A stretch of DNA of 64,000 bases from contig JAUYKH010000041.1 of the NCBI GenBank assembly GCA_030700065.1, forward strand, positions 4,659 through 68,658, read 5' to 3'. Positions 38,837 through 47,995 of this stretch are shown here, piece after piece. Position numbers and translations under genes: made by a program. Numbering within the stretch: position 1 is the stretch's first letter; the number at the start of each line of letters is the position of its first letter. A model generated the notes under the pieces. It was not told the DNA's origin and made no database searches. It was given only the letters and a program-made list of their open reading frames with translations. This DNA is from a bacterium (GTDB lineage Bacteria; Patescibacteriota; Doudnabacteria; UBA920; 2-01-FULL-46-14).

Positions 38837-41092
38837 ATGAACGAGATGATCACAGCTTTTGAAACAAATATTGGGTACAAATTTCTACGCGTGATTTTAT
38901 ACGCGCTCCTTTTGACGCCTTTATGGATTTGGAGCGGTTTTTTGTTTCCTTTTATTACGACCAAAGCTTTATACTTCCGCCTGTTGGTGGAACTGGCGCT
39001 AATAATTTATATTCCACTCGCCTTGAAATATCCCCAGCTTAGGCCACGCTGGAATTGGCTCACCGGCAGCGTTTGGATTTATATAGGCGCAATTTTTTTT
39101 ACCAGCCTTGTTGGGCTTGATTTCAATCATAGTTTTTGGGGGACAGTCGAGCGCGGTGAAGGCATTATCACGCTGCTTCACTTTGCCGCCTATTTTACGA
39201 TTCTGCCCACGGTTTTTCGGACCACCACCGATTGGTATCGTTATCTATTTTCTGCTGTGCTGGTCACACTGGCCGTGGCCGTCTATGGGCTGGCTCAATT
39301 GCTGAATCTTCCCTTTACCGTTGAAACTGGAGGGGGGACGAGAATTTCCGGCACCATCGGCAACGCCGCTTTTTTTGCCGCTTTTCTTGTTTTTGGCATC
39401 TTTCTGTCGCTTTATTTGCTCAAACTGACCCCGTCGGGCGGCAAACGGTTGTTTTTGAAGTCAATATTCGTTTTCGAGTTAATTATGCTTTTTCAGTCGC
39501 AAACTCGGGGAGCCCTGGTGGGCATAGCAGTGGCTTTTGTTCTATACTTCGCTGTCAATTTTTTCCTTATCCATGGTAAGCGAGCGAGAATTATTCACGC
39601 CAGTCTGTTGGCCCTGCTGATTTTAGGCTCTGTTTTGATCTATACAAATCGAGGTAGCGAATGGGTAAAGGGAAATGCTACTTTGCGCCGCATGGCAACT
39701 ATTTCTTTAAGCGATGTTACCACCCAGTCTCGCCTGGACACCTGGAGCGCGTCCTGGAAAGGGTGGAAAGAGAGATTTTGGGGCGGGTATGGCTACGAGA
39801 ATTACGATATAGCTTTCAACAAACATTTTCCGGCTAGAATTTTCAAGGATCAAGGCAGCCAAATTTGGTTTGACCGGGCGCATAACGTCGTCCTGGATAT
39901 CGGCGTTACTTCAGGAATTTTCGGACTCCTGGCCTATTTGGGGATTTTTGGCGTGGCCGTCGCGGGCCTTTATCGCCTTTTTCGATTAAAGGCGGAAGAA
40001 GTGAAACCCCAGCAGAGCGTAATTTTAGCCCTTCTGCTTCTGGCTTACTTTCTGCAAAATTTATTTCTATTCGATACCCACGCCACTTATCTAATGTTTT
40101 TTGTCGCGCTGGCACACGTCGTATTTTTACAGGAAAAATATTTTTTTGCTGAAGATACGCGAATAATTCCAGCAGACAACCGCCGGTTTGTGGTCGCGGC
40201 CGGGTCTATCTTTGGCTTAGCCATACTTGTCGGAGCATATTTCATCAATCTAAAACCCGCAATGGCGAATATTGCCTCAATCAAGGCCATCACCGCCTCA
40301 AGGACCGGCAATTTCGAGCAGGCGAAAGTGTTATTCGAGCAATCACTTTCTTACGGCACATATATGGACCAGGAGATCAGAGAGAGGCTGGTTGATTATC
40401 TGCAAATAACCATTGGCTCGAACAGATCTCAAGAAGAAAAACAAGAAATTTATCAGTTCGTTTTGCAGGAGCTCAAAAAAAGCATTGAGGAGTCGCCGCA
40501 CGACGCCAAAAATTATCTATATTTGATCACTGTTTTAAACCGTTACTCTTCGCAGGTGCCCGCCAATTATGATCGGGTGATGGCGTTGGGTGAAAAAGCC
40601 CTTGAGCTTTCGCCGACCCGCCCGCAAATTTATTTTGAATTAGGATGGTCGTCATTGGCCCAGCATTATTATGATACGGGACTGGGATATTTCCTTACTG
40701 CGATTGACCTAAATCCCTATCCAAAGGAGTCACATTTGAATTTTATAACCGCTGCAATTATTGCCGGCCGCGAGGATCTGGCCGAACAACAAAAAGAAGT
40801 TTTAACCCAAAAAATCGGATACCCGTTGACTGCTGTTGATTATGATGCAATTGGTAAAGCCTACATTGCAGCGAAAAATTACACAAAAGCCGCCGAGAGC
40901 TACGGCGAAGCTACGGCTCTGGATCCTGCGAATTTTGAATATTTGGTGAGGTTGGCTGCCATTTACGGCGAGCTATGCGAACAAGAAAAAGCCGCTTCCG
41001 CGGTCTACAAGGCCATTGATTTGAACCAATCTTTCATCAAGGAGGGGAGAAATTTCTTGACCCAGGTCGAAAACAAATGCGACAAGCAGTAG
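38837..41092 (+). CDS. O-antigen-ligase/Wzy_C-family polytopic membrane protein with C-terminal TPR repeats (candidate O-oligosaccharyltransferase or ligase)
   Basis: About 10 predicted TM helices, a Wzy_C-like loop (QSQTRGALVGIAVAF), and a C-terminal ~300 aa of TPR-like helical repeats. Confidence 0.6.
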   Translation: MNEMITAFETNIGYKFLRVILYALLLTPLWIWSGFLFPFITTKALYFRLLVELALIIYIPLALKYPQLRPRWNWLTGSVWIYIGAIFFTSLVGLDFNHSFWGTVERGEGIITLLHFAAYFTILPTVFRTTTDWYRYLFSAVLVTLAVAVYGLAQLLNLPFTVETGGGTRISGTIGNAAFFAAFLVFGIFLSLYLLKLTPSGGKRLFLKSIFVFELIMLFQSQTRGALVGIAVAFVLYFAVNFFLIHGKRARIIHASLLALLILGSVLIYTNRGSEWVKGNATLRRMATISLSDVTTQSRLDTWSASWKGWKERFWGGYGYENYDIAFNKHFPARIFKDQGSQIWFDRAHNVVLDIGVTSGIFGLLAYLGIFGVAVAGLYRLFRLKAEEVKPQQSVILALLLLAYFLQNLFLFDTHATYLMFFVALAHVVFLQEKYFFAEDTRIIPADNRRFVVAAGSIFGLAILVGAYFINLKPAMANIASIKAITASRTGNFEQAKVLFEQSLSYGTYMDQEIRERLVDYLQITIGSNRSQEEKQEIYQFVLQELKKSIEESPHDAKNYLYLITVLNRYSSQVPANYDRVMALGEKALELSPTRPQIYFELGWSSLAQHYYDTGLGYFLTAIDLNPYPKESHLNFITAAIIAGREDLAEQQKEVLTQKIGYPLTAVDYDAIGKAYIAAKNYTKAAESYGEATALDPANFEYLVRLAAIYGELCEQEKAASAVYKAIDLNQSFIKEGRNFLTQVENKCDKQ

Positions 41093-41095
41093 GAG

Positions 41096-42472
41096 TCACT
41101 GCCCCTTGCCGGAGAGAATGATGTTGATGGTTTTTAGTATTATGCCGATGTCCAGGGCGAAGGAACGGTTCTTGACGTAAAATAAATCATACTGCAATTT
41201 TTTAAAAGCGTCTTTGGCTGACGCGCCGTACTGGAAATTGATCTGGGCCCAACCGGTGAGACCCGGTTTGACCAAATGCCGCTCGTTGTAGAAGGGGATG
41301 ATTGTAAGCAAATCCTTCACTAATTCCGGCCGCTCGGGTCGAGGTCCCACAAGCGTCATCTCGCCCCGCAGAATATTCCAAAATTGAGGAATTTCATCAA
41401 GCCGCATCTTCCGCAGCATTCGCCCGATTTTTGTTACCCGGGGATCATTATTGGTTGCCCACTGCGGTTTTCCGTCTTTTTCCGCGTCTGCGATCATGCT
41501 CCGAAATTTTATGGCCACAAATCGGCGACTAAGGTGGCCGGTTCGCAGCTGTTTGAAAAAAATCCCCCCCCCATCATTAAATTTGATCAGTAGAACAATC
41601 AGGGGGAACAACGGCAGAGAAGCAACCAGCGCGAGAGACGCAAACAATATGTCAAACAATCTTTTGAAAAATTCATAGACGTCTTTTTCGCTTTCAACCA
41701 GATTTTCCAGAAACCAAATATGGCCGATGGTGGTAACAGGGATTTTGCCGGTTAATTTTTCATAAAAAGCAGGCAAGTCACGGAACTCGAGCCGAAGCGA
41801 GAGGCTTTCGTACAGCTGTTCCACGAATTTTGGAGCGGATCGCGGGTCCAGGGCCGTGACTACTGTACCGATATGGTGTTCCCGCAGAAGTTTTTTTAGA
41901 TCGCCGAAGCCGTTGTAGATGATAATGCCGGGAAAATCATTTTGATCCAGGTAGCCGTCGTGTATTATCGCGGCAATTCGGTAGCCAAGCTGCGGTTTTT
42001 GGTTGATTTCATTGATCAGCTCTTTGGCCTCATCGTTTATCCCCAAAACCAAAACCTTGCGCAGGTGGGTCGGCCGCGAAACAAAACCGTTGTACCAATA
42101 GCGCCACAAGGAGAACAGCACGGTATAAACCGCGATGAAAACAAAAAAGACGGTTTGCGGCTTGATGTCGAAAAGTTTGTCGGTGAGCAGGTAAAAATAG
42201 GCGGTTGCCAAACCATAGTTGATCAGCAGCACCGCGATGATTCGGTTGTAAAAACCAATGTCATTGCGACTCGTTACGATGTCATAAAGCCCGCTGATAT
42301 AAAAAACCAGAAGCCAAACAGCAAACAAGACAGTAAACGGCGAGAGGTTTTGGAGCCAATTGTCTCGACTGGGCAATTCCCAATAGCGGATGAGCAGGGT
42401 CAGCCATAACGCGGAAAACAGCAGCAAGATATCCCCCGCGACGAGCATTATTTTTTTGAACCGATTAGGCAT
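41096..42472 (-). CDS. Initiating phosphoglycosyltransferase (bacterial sugar transferase, WbaP/PssY-like)
   Basis: C-terminal KRLFDILFASLALVASLPLF..RFVAIKFRSM..DEIPQFWNILRGEMTLVGPRPERPE is the Bac_transf signature. ATG 42472 (MPNRFKK..) is chosen, and the ORF track extends in frame to a TTG at 42538. Confidence 0.7.
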   Translation of the reverse strand: MPNRFKKIMLVAGDILLLFSALWLTLLIRYWELPSRDNWLQNLSPFTVLFAVWLLVFYISGLYDIVTSRNDIGFYNRIIAVLLINYGLATAYFYLLTDKLFDIKPQTVFFVFIAVYTVLFSLWRYWYNGFVSRPTHLRKVLVLGINDEAKELINEINQKPQLGYRIAAIIHDGYLDQNDFPGIIIYNGFGDLKKLLREHHIGTVVTALDPRSAPKFVEQLYESLSLRLEFRDLPAFYEKLTGKIPVTTIGHIWFLENLVESEKDVYEFFKRLFDILFASLALVASLPLFPLIVLLIKFNDGGGIFFKQLRTGHLSRRFVAIKFRSMIADAEKDGKPQWATNNDPRVTKIGRMLRKMRLDEIPQFWNILRGEMTLVGPRPERPELVKDLLTIIPFYNERHLVKPGLTGWAQINFQYGASAKDAFKKLQYDLFYVKNRSFALDIGIILKTINIILSGKGQ

Positions 42473-42560
42473 TATGCAGGGGATTATAGCAAAAATCCGG
42501 CATATTGCATAGATTTTGGAATTTGAAAAAAAGTCCAAAAAATGATATAATATTAATAAT

Positions 42561-42618
42561 CCGAATCCACTAATGTATCCGAATGCCCCTAATGATTCGG
42601 AGCATTAGGATGGATTCG
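42561..42618. promoter_or_regulatory. Nested inverted repeats (CCGAAT/ATTCGG and CTAATG/CATTAG half-sites) in the divergent promoter region
   Basis: CCGAATCCACTAATG ... CATTAGGATGGATTCG outer imperfect inverted repeat. Inner CCGAATG..CTAATGATTCGG..CATTAGG gives mutually exclusive hairpins or a repeated operator. TATAAT at 42632-42637 is immediately downstream. Confidence 0.3.
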
Positions 42619-42652
42619 TAGATTGGGATTATATAATAGAAACAAAACTAAA

Positions 42653-44407
42653 ATGGCGTTGGCATCAACAGATCTGAAAAAAATATTGGTCGACCAAAAA
42701 GTTATTCAAGCGGAGGATTTTGAAAAATTGGAAAAAGAGGCGAAGGATAAGAAACAAACCGTCGCCAATTATTTGGTGTTCCGCAAAATCATCCCCGAGG
42801 ATCGCCTGGCCAAATTGGTGAGTGATTTTTTGGATGTCCCGGCGATTGATCTCACAAGCTCGGAAATTCCCCAAGACGTGCTCAAGGTCATTCCCGAGCC
42901 GATTGCCCGCCGTCATCAGGTCGTGGCTTTCAAGAAGAAAGGCAACGAACTCGATTTGGCGATGACTGACCCGGAGGATTTGCAGACGAGAGAATTCGTG
43001 AAAAAGAAAACCGGATTTGTCATCAAGCCCTTTTTGGCGACCAAAACCAGTATGGATTACGCGTTGTCGCAATACCACGGCAATTTGAAGGCGGAATTTG
43101 AGAATATCCTGACATCCAAAAAAGAAGGCAAGGGAGGCAGCGTCAAGACTGGGGAAACCGAAGGGGCGGATCTGGCAAAAATGGCGGAAGAGATCCCTGT
43201 CGTCAGAGTGGTTGACACACTCTTGGAGTACTCGATTTTTGAGGGGGCGTCGGATATTCATATCGAACCGCAGGAAAAAGAGGTGATGGTCCGTTATCGC
43301 ATTGATGGAATATTACACGACGCAATGACTCTGCCGAAGGTCATTCAACTCGCGGTCGTGGCGAGGATCAAAGTGCTTTCCAATTTGAAAATTGACGAAC
43401 ACCGCCTGCCCCAGGACGGCAGATTCAAACTGCAGACCGATGAGTATAACATTTCGTTTCGCGTCTCAACTATTCCGATCTTCGACGGAGAGAAGGTGGT
43501 GTTGCGGCTCCTGGACGAGGGGGCAAAGGCCCTGACATTCGAAGAACTCGGGTTTGCCCGGACTTCCCTTGAGGTAATCAAAAGGAATTTGGGCCGCCCC
43601 CACGGAATGACTCTCATTACTGGTCCGACCGGCTCTGGAAAATCAACAACCTTGTACACGATATTGACGAAGTTAAACGTCAAAGGTGTCAATATCAGCA
43701 CGATCGAGGACCCGATTGAATATCGTATTCCGTTCATAAACCAAATGCAGGTGAACCCCAAAATCGGACTTACTTTCGCGGTCGGTCTTCGCGCGCTTTT
43801 GCGGCAGGACCCGAATATTATAATGATCGGTGAAATTCGGGATTTAGAGACATCGGAGGAAGCCATCCATGCGGCAATGACCGGGCACATTGTGCTCTCC
43901 ACATTGCATACGAACAATGCGGCCGGTGCCATTCCCCGCCTGCTGGACATGGGGGTGGAACCTTACCTGATCGCTTCCACTCTGAATACCGTCATCGGCC
44001 AGCGTTTGGTCAGGAAGATTTGTGAGCATTGCAAAAAGTCAGTTTTGCTTTCCGAAAAAGAGGCGAAGAGTTTGTCGCAGGATTTTGACCTGGAAAATCT
44101 TTTGGAAGTGATGAAGCGGGAACAGGTTTTGGACAAGAAGCTCAAGCATATTGAAGACGTGGAATTTTTTGAGGGGGAAGGCTGCGAGAAATGCGGCCGC
44201 ACGGGGTATAAAGGCCGGATGGGCATCTATGAGACTTTGGATATTACTGAAAATATCGCGAAATTGATCATGGGCAGGATGACCACCGCTCAAATACAGG
44301 GGCAGGGCGTCAATGAAGGAATGGTGTTGATGTGGCAGGACGGGTTTATCAAGGCTCATACCGGACTGACTACGATTTCCGAAGTTTTAAGAGTCAGCAA
44401 GGAGTAA
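42653..44407 (+). CDS. pilB: Type IV pilus assembly ATPase PilB (GspE family)
   Basis: N-terminal GspE_N domain, Walker A GPTGSGKSTT, Asp/His boxes, and the tetracysteine CEHC..CEKC motif. ATG 42653 is preferred over the upstream TTG. Confidence 0.8.
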   Translation: MALASTDLKKILVDQKVIQAEDFEKLEKEAKDKKQTVANYLVFRKIIPEDRLAKLVSDFLDVPAIDLTSSEIPQDVLKVIPEPIARRHQVVAFKKKGNELDLAMTDPEDLQTREFVKKKTGFVIKPFLATKTSMDYALSQYHGNLKAEFENILTSKKEGKGGSVKTGETEGADLAKMAEEIPVVRVVDTLLEYSIFEGASDIHIEPQEKEVMVRYRIDGILHDAMTLPKVIQLAVVARIKVLSNLKIDEHRLPQDGRFKLQTDEYNISFRVSTIPIFDGEKVVLRLLDEGAKALTFEELGFARTSLEVIKRNLGRPHGMTLITGPTGSGKSTTLYTILTKLNVKGVNISTIEDPIEYRIPFINQMQVNPKIGLTFAVGLRALLRQDPNIIMIGEIRDLETSEEAIHAAMTGHIVLSTLHTNNAAGAIPRLLDMGVEPYLIASTLNTVIGQRLVRKICEHCKKSVLLSEKEAKSLSQDFDLENLLEVMKREQVLDKKLKHIEDVEFFEGEGCEKCGRTGYKGRMGIYETLDITENIAKLIMGRMTTAQIQGQGVNEGMVLMWQDGFIKAHTGLTTISEVLRVSKE

Positions 44408-44411
44408 CTAC

Positions 44412-45626
44412 ATTCCAGAATTTACTTACACCGCAAAAGACAGGGATGGGAAAACAGTAACCGATACGATTCAATCGGCTTCACGAGAATTATTGGGCCA
44501 AACTTTGAGAACCCAGGGACTTTTACCGACTTCTATTCGGGAAAAAGGGACTCGCGTGTCCCCCATCAGTTTTTTGAAGAATTTTTTAGGACACGTCTCC
44601 CTGCTGGAAAAATTAACTTTCATAAACAATTTGGCCGTGACAATAAGGGCGGGGTTGCCCGTATCGAAAGCGCTCAATGTATTGACCAAGCAGATGCCGA
44701 ACCATTATTTTCGAAAGATCATCGGGGAGATTGCGCATAATGTGGAGGAAGGCAAGACACTTTCGGAAAGCATGGCTCCTTACAAAAATGTCTTTACTCC
44801 GATAGTGGTGAATATGGTCAAGGTGGGGGAGGAAAGCGGCGAGTTGGATAAAACGCTCGAGTATCTCGGCAAACAGGTGGCCAGGGATTACAACCTCATC
44901 CGGAGGACGAGAAGCGCCTTGATTTATCCCGCGGTAGTTGGAGTTGCGCTTGTTGTCATCGGCTACATTATGTTTGCCTTTGTCTTGCCGAAATTGACCG
45001 CCACTTTTAAGGCGTTTGACACTGATTTACCCTTTTTGACAGTGACCATCATCAAGATAGTGGATATTGTTTCGCATTATTCAATTTTGATTTTGGTAAT
45101 GGCGGTAGGGGCGGTTTTTGCGTTTTTGTACTGGCGCAAAACTTCGAACGGGCGTATTATACTGCACCGCATCGTCTTTGCCATCCCAATCGTTAGGATA
45201 TTGGTCAAGAAAATAAATATGGCGCGTTTTACTATCATCTTCAGCGGCCTGATGCGTTCGGGAATGCCAATCGTGGAAGCCCTTCGCATCACCGCGAATA
45301 CCATGACCAATTTGTACTACCAGAGAGCCTTGTCTGACGTATCCGAAAAAGTGAAGGTCGGGGTGGATCTCGTCGTTGCTTTGGAAAAATACCCGAAACT
45401 ATTCACGCCGATGGTTACCGAGATGATTCAGGTCGGAGAGGAGTCCGGCACTATGGAAAAAGTCCTGGGAGAAGTCGCCAACTTTTATGAAGCGGACATT
45501 GATGATACCATGAAAAATTTATCATCGATTGTTGAGCCGGTTTTGGTCATGGTTATCGGCGCGGTCGTGGGAGTCCTGGCCGTCGGACTTATCTTGCCGA
45601 TTTATAGCATTGGGCAGAACATATGA
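44412..45626 (+). CDS. pilC: Type IV pilus platform protein PilC (GspF family), apparent ATT start
   Basis: Two GspF repeats. The conserved N-terminus IPEFTYTAKDRDGKTVTDTIQSASRELLGQTLRTQGLLP lies upstream of the first ATG/TTG/GTG in frame. AAGGAG (44399-44404) sits 7 nt before ATT 44412. Confidence 0.65.
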   Translation: MPEFTYTAKDRDGKTVTDTIQSASRELLGQTLRTQGLLPTSIREKGTRVSPISFLKNFLGHVSLLEKLTFINNLAVTIRAGLPVSKALNVLTKQMPNHYFRKIIGEIAHNVEEGKTLSESMAPYKNVFTPIVVNMVKVGEESGELDKTLEYLGKQVARDYNLIRRTRSALIYPAVVGVALVVIGYIMFAFVLPKLTATFKAFDTDLPFLTVTIIKIVDIVSHYSILILVMAVGAVFAFLYWRKTSNGRIILHRIVFAIPIVRILVKKINMARFTIIFSGLMRSGMPIVEALRITANTMTNLYYQRALSDVSEKVKVGVDLVVALEKYPKLFTPMVTEMIQVGEESGTMEKVLGEVANFYEADIDDTMKNLSSIVEPVLVMVIGAVVGVLAVGLILPIYSIGQNI

Positions 45627-46006
45627 AAAAAAACGGGTTCACAATCATCGAGACAACGATTGCCTTGCTTCTGGTCATGGTGACTATAACTATCTTTGGG
45701 GTCGCACTATCGAGTTTGCCTTTAACGAGAACTGCGCGCAATCAGAACATTGCCTATCACATCGCGGTAAAAAAAATGGAAGAGCTCCGGGATACGCAAT
45801 TTGCGTCTCTGCCCGCAAACTCGACCTTTGCGGACCCCGGACTTGCCAATTTAAGTAACCCCTCCGCAGACTTTACTATTGAAGACTACGCGGGAAGCAG
45901 TCAGATAAAGACAGCGACTGTGACGGTGCAGTGGCAGGAAGAAAGCCATACCCGTGAGGTTGTTTTGGAAACATTGATGAGCGATCATGGCTTGAATAGA
46001 CCATGA
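45623..46006 (+). CDS. Prepilin-type (type IV pilin/pseudopilin) protein
   Basis: MKKNGFTIIETTIALLLVMV has the class III signal with the G-FTxIE cleavage/methylation motif. ATGA overlap with the pilC stop. Confidence 0.6.
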   Translation: MKKNGFTIIETTIALLLVMVTITIFGVALSSLPLTRTARNQNIAYHIAVKKMEELRDTQFASLPANSTFADPGLANLSNPSADFTIEDYAGSSQIKTATVTVQWQEESHTREVVLETLMSDHGLNRP

Positions 46007-46641
46007 AGGAGGGGGTTTACCCAGCACCACTTTTGTATATTATGTTTATTTTTTATAAAAAAAGAATAGGATTATTTATAAAAAGTGGTGTTGGGTTTAC
46101 GTTGGCGGAGATCCTGGTCGTGATTGCGCTTTTAGTCATTCTGATCACAATCGGCGTGCAAATTTTTCTTTATAATAACCGGTTCTACGAAAATCAGGCC
46201 GGAGAGATATTTTCAATCACCGCGACCCGCGAAACGGCGGACCGAATAAATGAGTACGCTCGCGCGGCCGTGGCTTTGGAAAACACACATCTCTACGGTT
46301 CAACAACCTACGCGACGGACGCGCAAACCGTGATCTTCAGAATTCCCGGAATAGACGCGGCCGGCCAGACAATCAGCGGAGTTTATGACTACGCGATTAT
46401 GGGACCCAACCCTTCCGATACAAAGCGCTTGGAATTGATCGTTGATTCGCCTGATCCGGCGAGCGTGCGCGAGCCGCGCCTCCTACTTCTGACCGACAAG
46501 CTGACGAGCATTGCTTTTACTTATGACAATGCCGACCCCGCCCTGGTAAGAAAAGTGGATTACGAGATTATCGTTACGCACACGGGCCGAACCCCGGCTT
46601 CGGAGCAGATTTTCGGGTCGGCAACTTTAAGAAATAAATAA
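46003..46641 (+). CDS. Prepilin-type protein with unusually long leader
   Basis: ..KSGVGFTLAEILVVIALLVIL prepilin motif. ATGA-coupled start 46003 gives a 31-aa leader, and an alternative ATG at 46042 gives 18 aa. Confidence 0.5.
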   Translation: MKEGVYPAPLLYIMFIFYKKRIGLFIKSGVGFTLAEILVVIALLVILITIGVQIFLYNNRFYENQAGEIFSITATRETADRINEYARAAVALENTHLYGSTTYATDAQTVIFRIPGIDAAGQTISGVYDYAIMGPNPSDTKRLELIVDSPDPASVREPRLLLLTDKLTSIAFTYDNADPALVRKVDYEIIVTHTGRTPASEQIFGSATLRNK

Positions 46642-46645
46642 TAAT

Positions 46646-47995
46646 ATGAAACAAAAAAATCAAACCGGCCAAGCCTTAATCATTTCCGTATTGTTTTTGG
46701 TAGTCGTGCTGGTATTGGTCAGCAGTTTGCTGGATTTCGTGGGGTTGAACGTTCGCGGCACAAGAGGCGCGGTGGCAAGAGAGCAGGCGCTGCAGCTCGC
46801 CGAGGCCGGGATTGACAAGGCCGTCTGGCAGCTCAACCAGACAGCCGGGAGCTATATTGGGGAAACCGGCACGGCCCTGTCAACCGGAGTATTTGATGTC
46901 AATGTCGCGACCATCTCCGCTGTTTTGAGGGAGATCACCGCGACTGGCTACGTTCCGGATAAAATCAATACGATCGCAACCAAACAAATCAAGGTTCGGG
47001 CCACAATCGAAACCACGGGGGCAAGTTTTTTCTACGGGATTCAGGTAGGCGAGGGTGGCTTGGTGATGGGCAACAACACTTTTGTTGATGGAAACGTGTA
47101 CAGCAACGGCATCATTGACGGCGATAGCGGCGCGATTATCACGGGCGACGCTTTTTCTGCCGGCCCTTTGGGGCGCATTTTTGACCGATTACAAGTAAGC
47201 GGTCATGCCCATGCCAACCGGATTGATACAAATGTGACCATAGGAGGCAACGCTTATGGGCAAACCATGAACCAGGTTACTGTTGCCGGGAATGTCTATA
47301 CCAACTCGATGAGCAATTGCAGCGTCGATGGGGACGCTTTTTACACCACGCGTGTCTCCTGCACTGTTGGAGGGACTTCGAACACGCCATATTTGGGAGC
47401 GGCGGATCCGCCGATGGAGACCATGCCTCTCTCTGATGAGCAGATCGCGGAGTGGAAATCGCAGGCCGAGGCGGGCGGGACGATTATTGGGGATCTGAAT
47501 GTGCTGAATGGTTCTCAACAAAATTTGGGGCCCAAGAAAATTACTGGAAATATGCTTGTCGATAATAATGCGCGGTTGACAATCACCGGGAAAATCTGGG
47601 TTCAGGGCAATATCATATTTTCCAATAACGCGATTATTGAGCTTCATCCATCCTACGGCGACTTGAGCGAGGCCATTATTGCCGATGGTTTGGCAGACGT
47701 GGTAAATAACGTGGTGTTCCAGAGGGCCGGGCCGGCGAGTTATATCTTGATGGTCACAACTTCAGCCGATCTGAACGCTTTCGATATCAACAACAATGCC
47801 GACACGCTTATTGCGTACGCCGCGAATGGCGGAATTAATATCGCCAATAACGCCAACTTGCGCGAAGTGACGGGTTGGCGAGTGAATTTGGCGAATAATG
47901 CGTCAATCACTTACGAAACCGGACTGGCCAGCCTTTTATTCTCGTCCGGGCCAGGCGCGTCATGGACTATTCTGCGCGGGACATGGCGCGAATGA
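46646..47995 (+). CDS. PilX-N-like minor pilin / pilus-associated protein with Gly/Asn-rich beta-helix-like C-terminal region
   Basis: MKQKNQTGQALIISVLFLVVVLVLV is a PilX_N-type N-terminus. It is followed by degenerate G-N/D-x-repeat stretches (GNNTFVDGNVYSNGIIDGDSGAIITGDAF..). Confidence 0.45.
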   Translation: MKQKNQTGQALIISVLFLVVVLVLVSSLLDFVGLNVRGTRGAVAREQALQLAEAGIDKAVWQLNQTAGSYIGETGTALSTGVFDVNVATISAVLREITATGYVPDKINTIATKQIKVRATIETTGASFFYGIQVGEGGLVMGNNTFVDGNVYSNGIIDGDSGAIITGDAFSAGPLGRIFDRLQVSGHAHANRIDTNVTIGGNAYGQTMNQVTVAGNVYTNSMSNCSVDGDAFYTTRVSCTVGGTSNTPYLGAADPPMETMPLSDEQIAEWKSQAEAGGTIIGDLNVLNGSQQNLGPKKITGNMLVDNNARLTITGKIWVQGNIIFSNNAIIELHPSYGDLSEAIIADGLADVVNNVVFQRAGPASYILMVTTSADLNAFDINNNADTLIAYAANGGINIANNANLREVTGWRVNLANNASITYETGLASLLFSSGPGASWTILRGTWRE

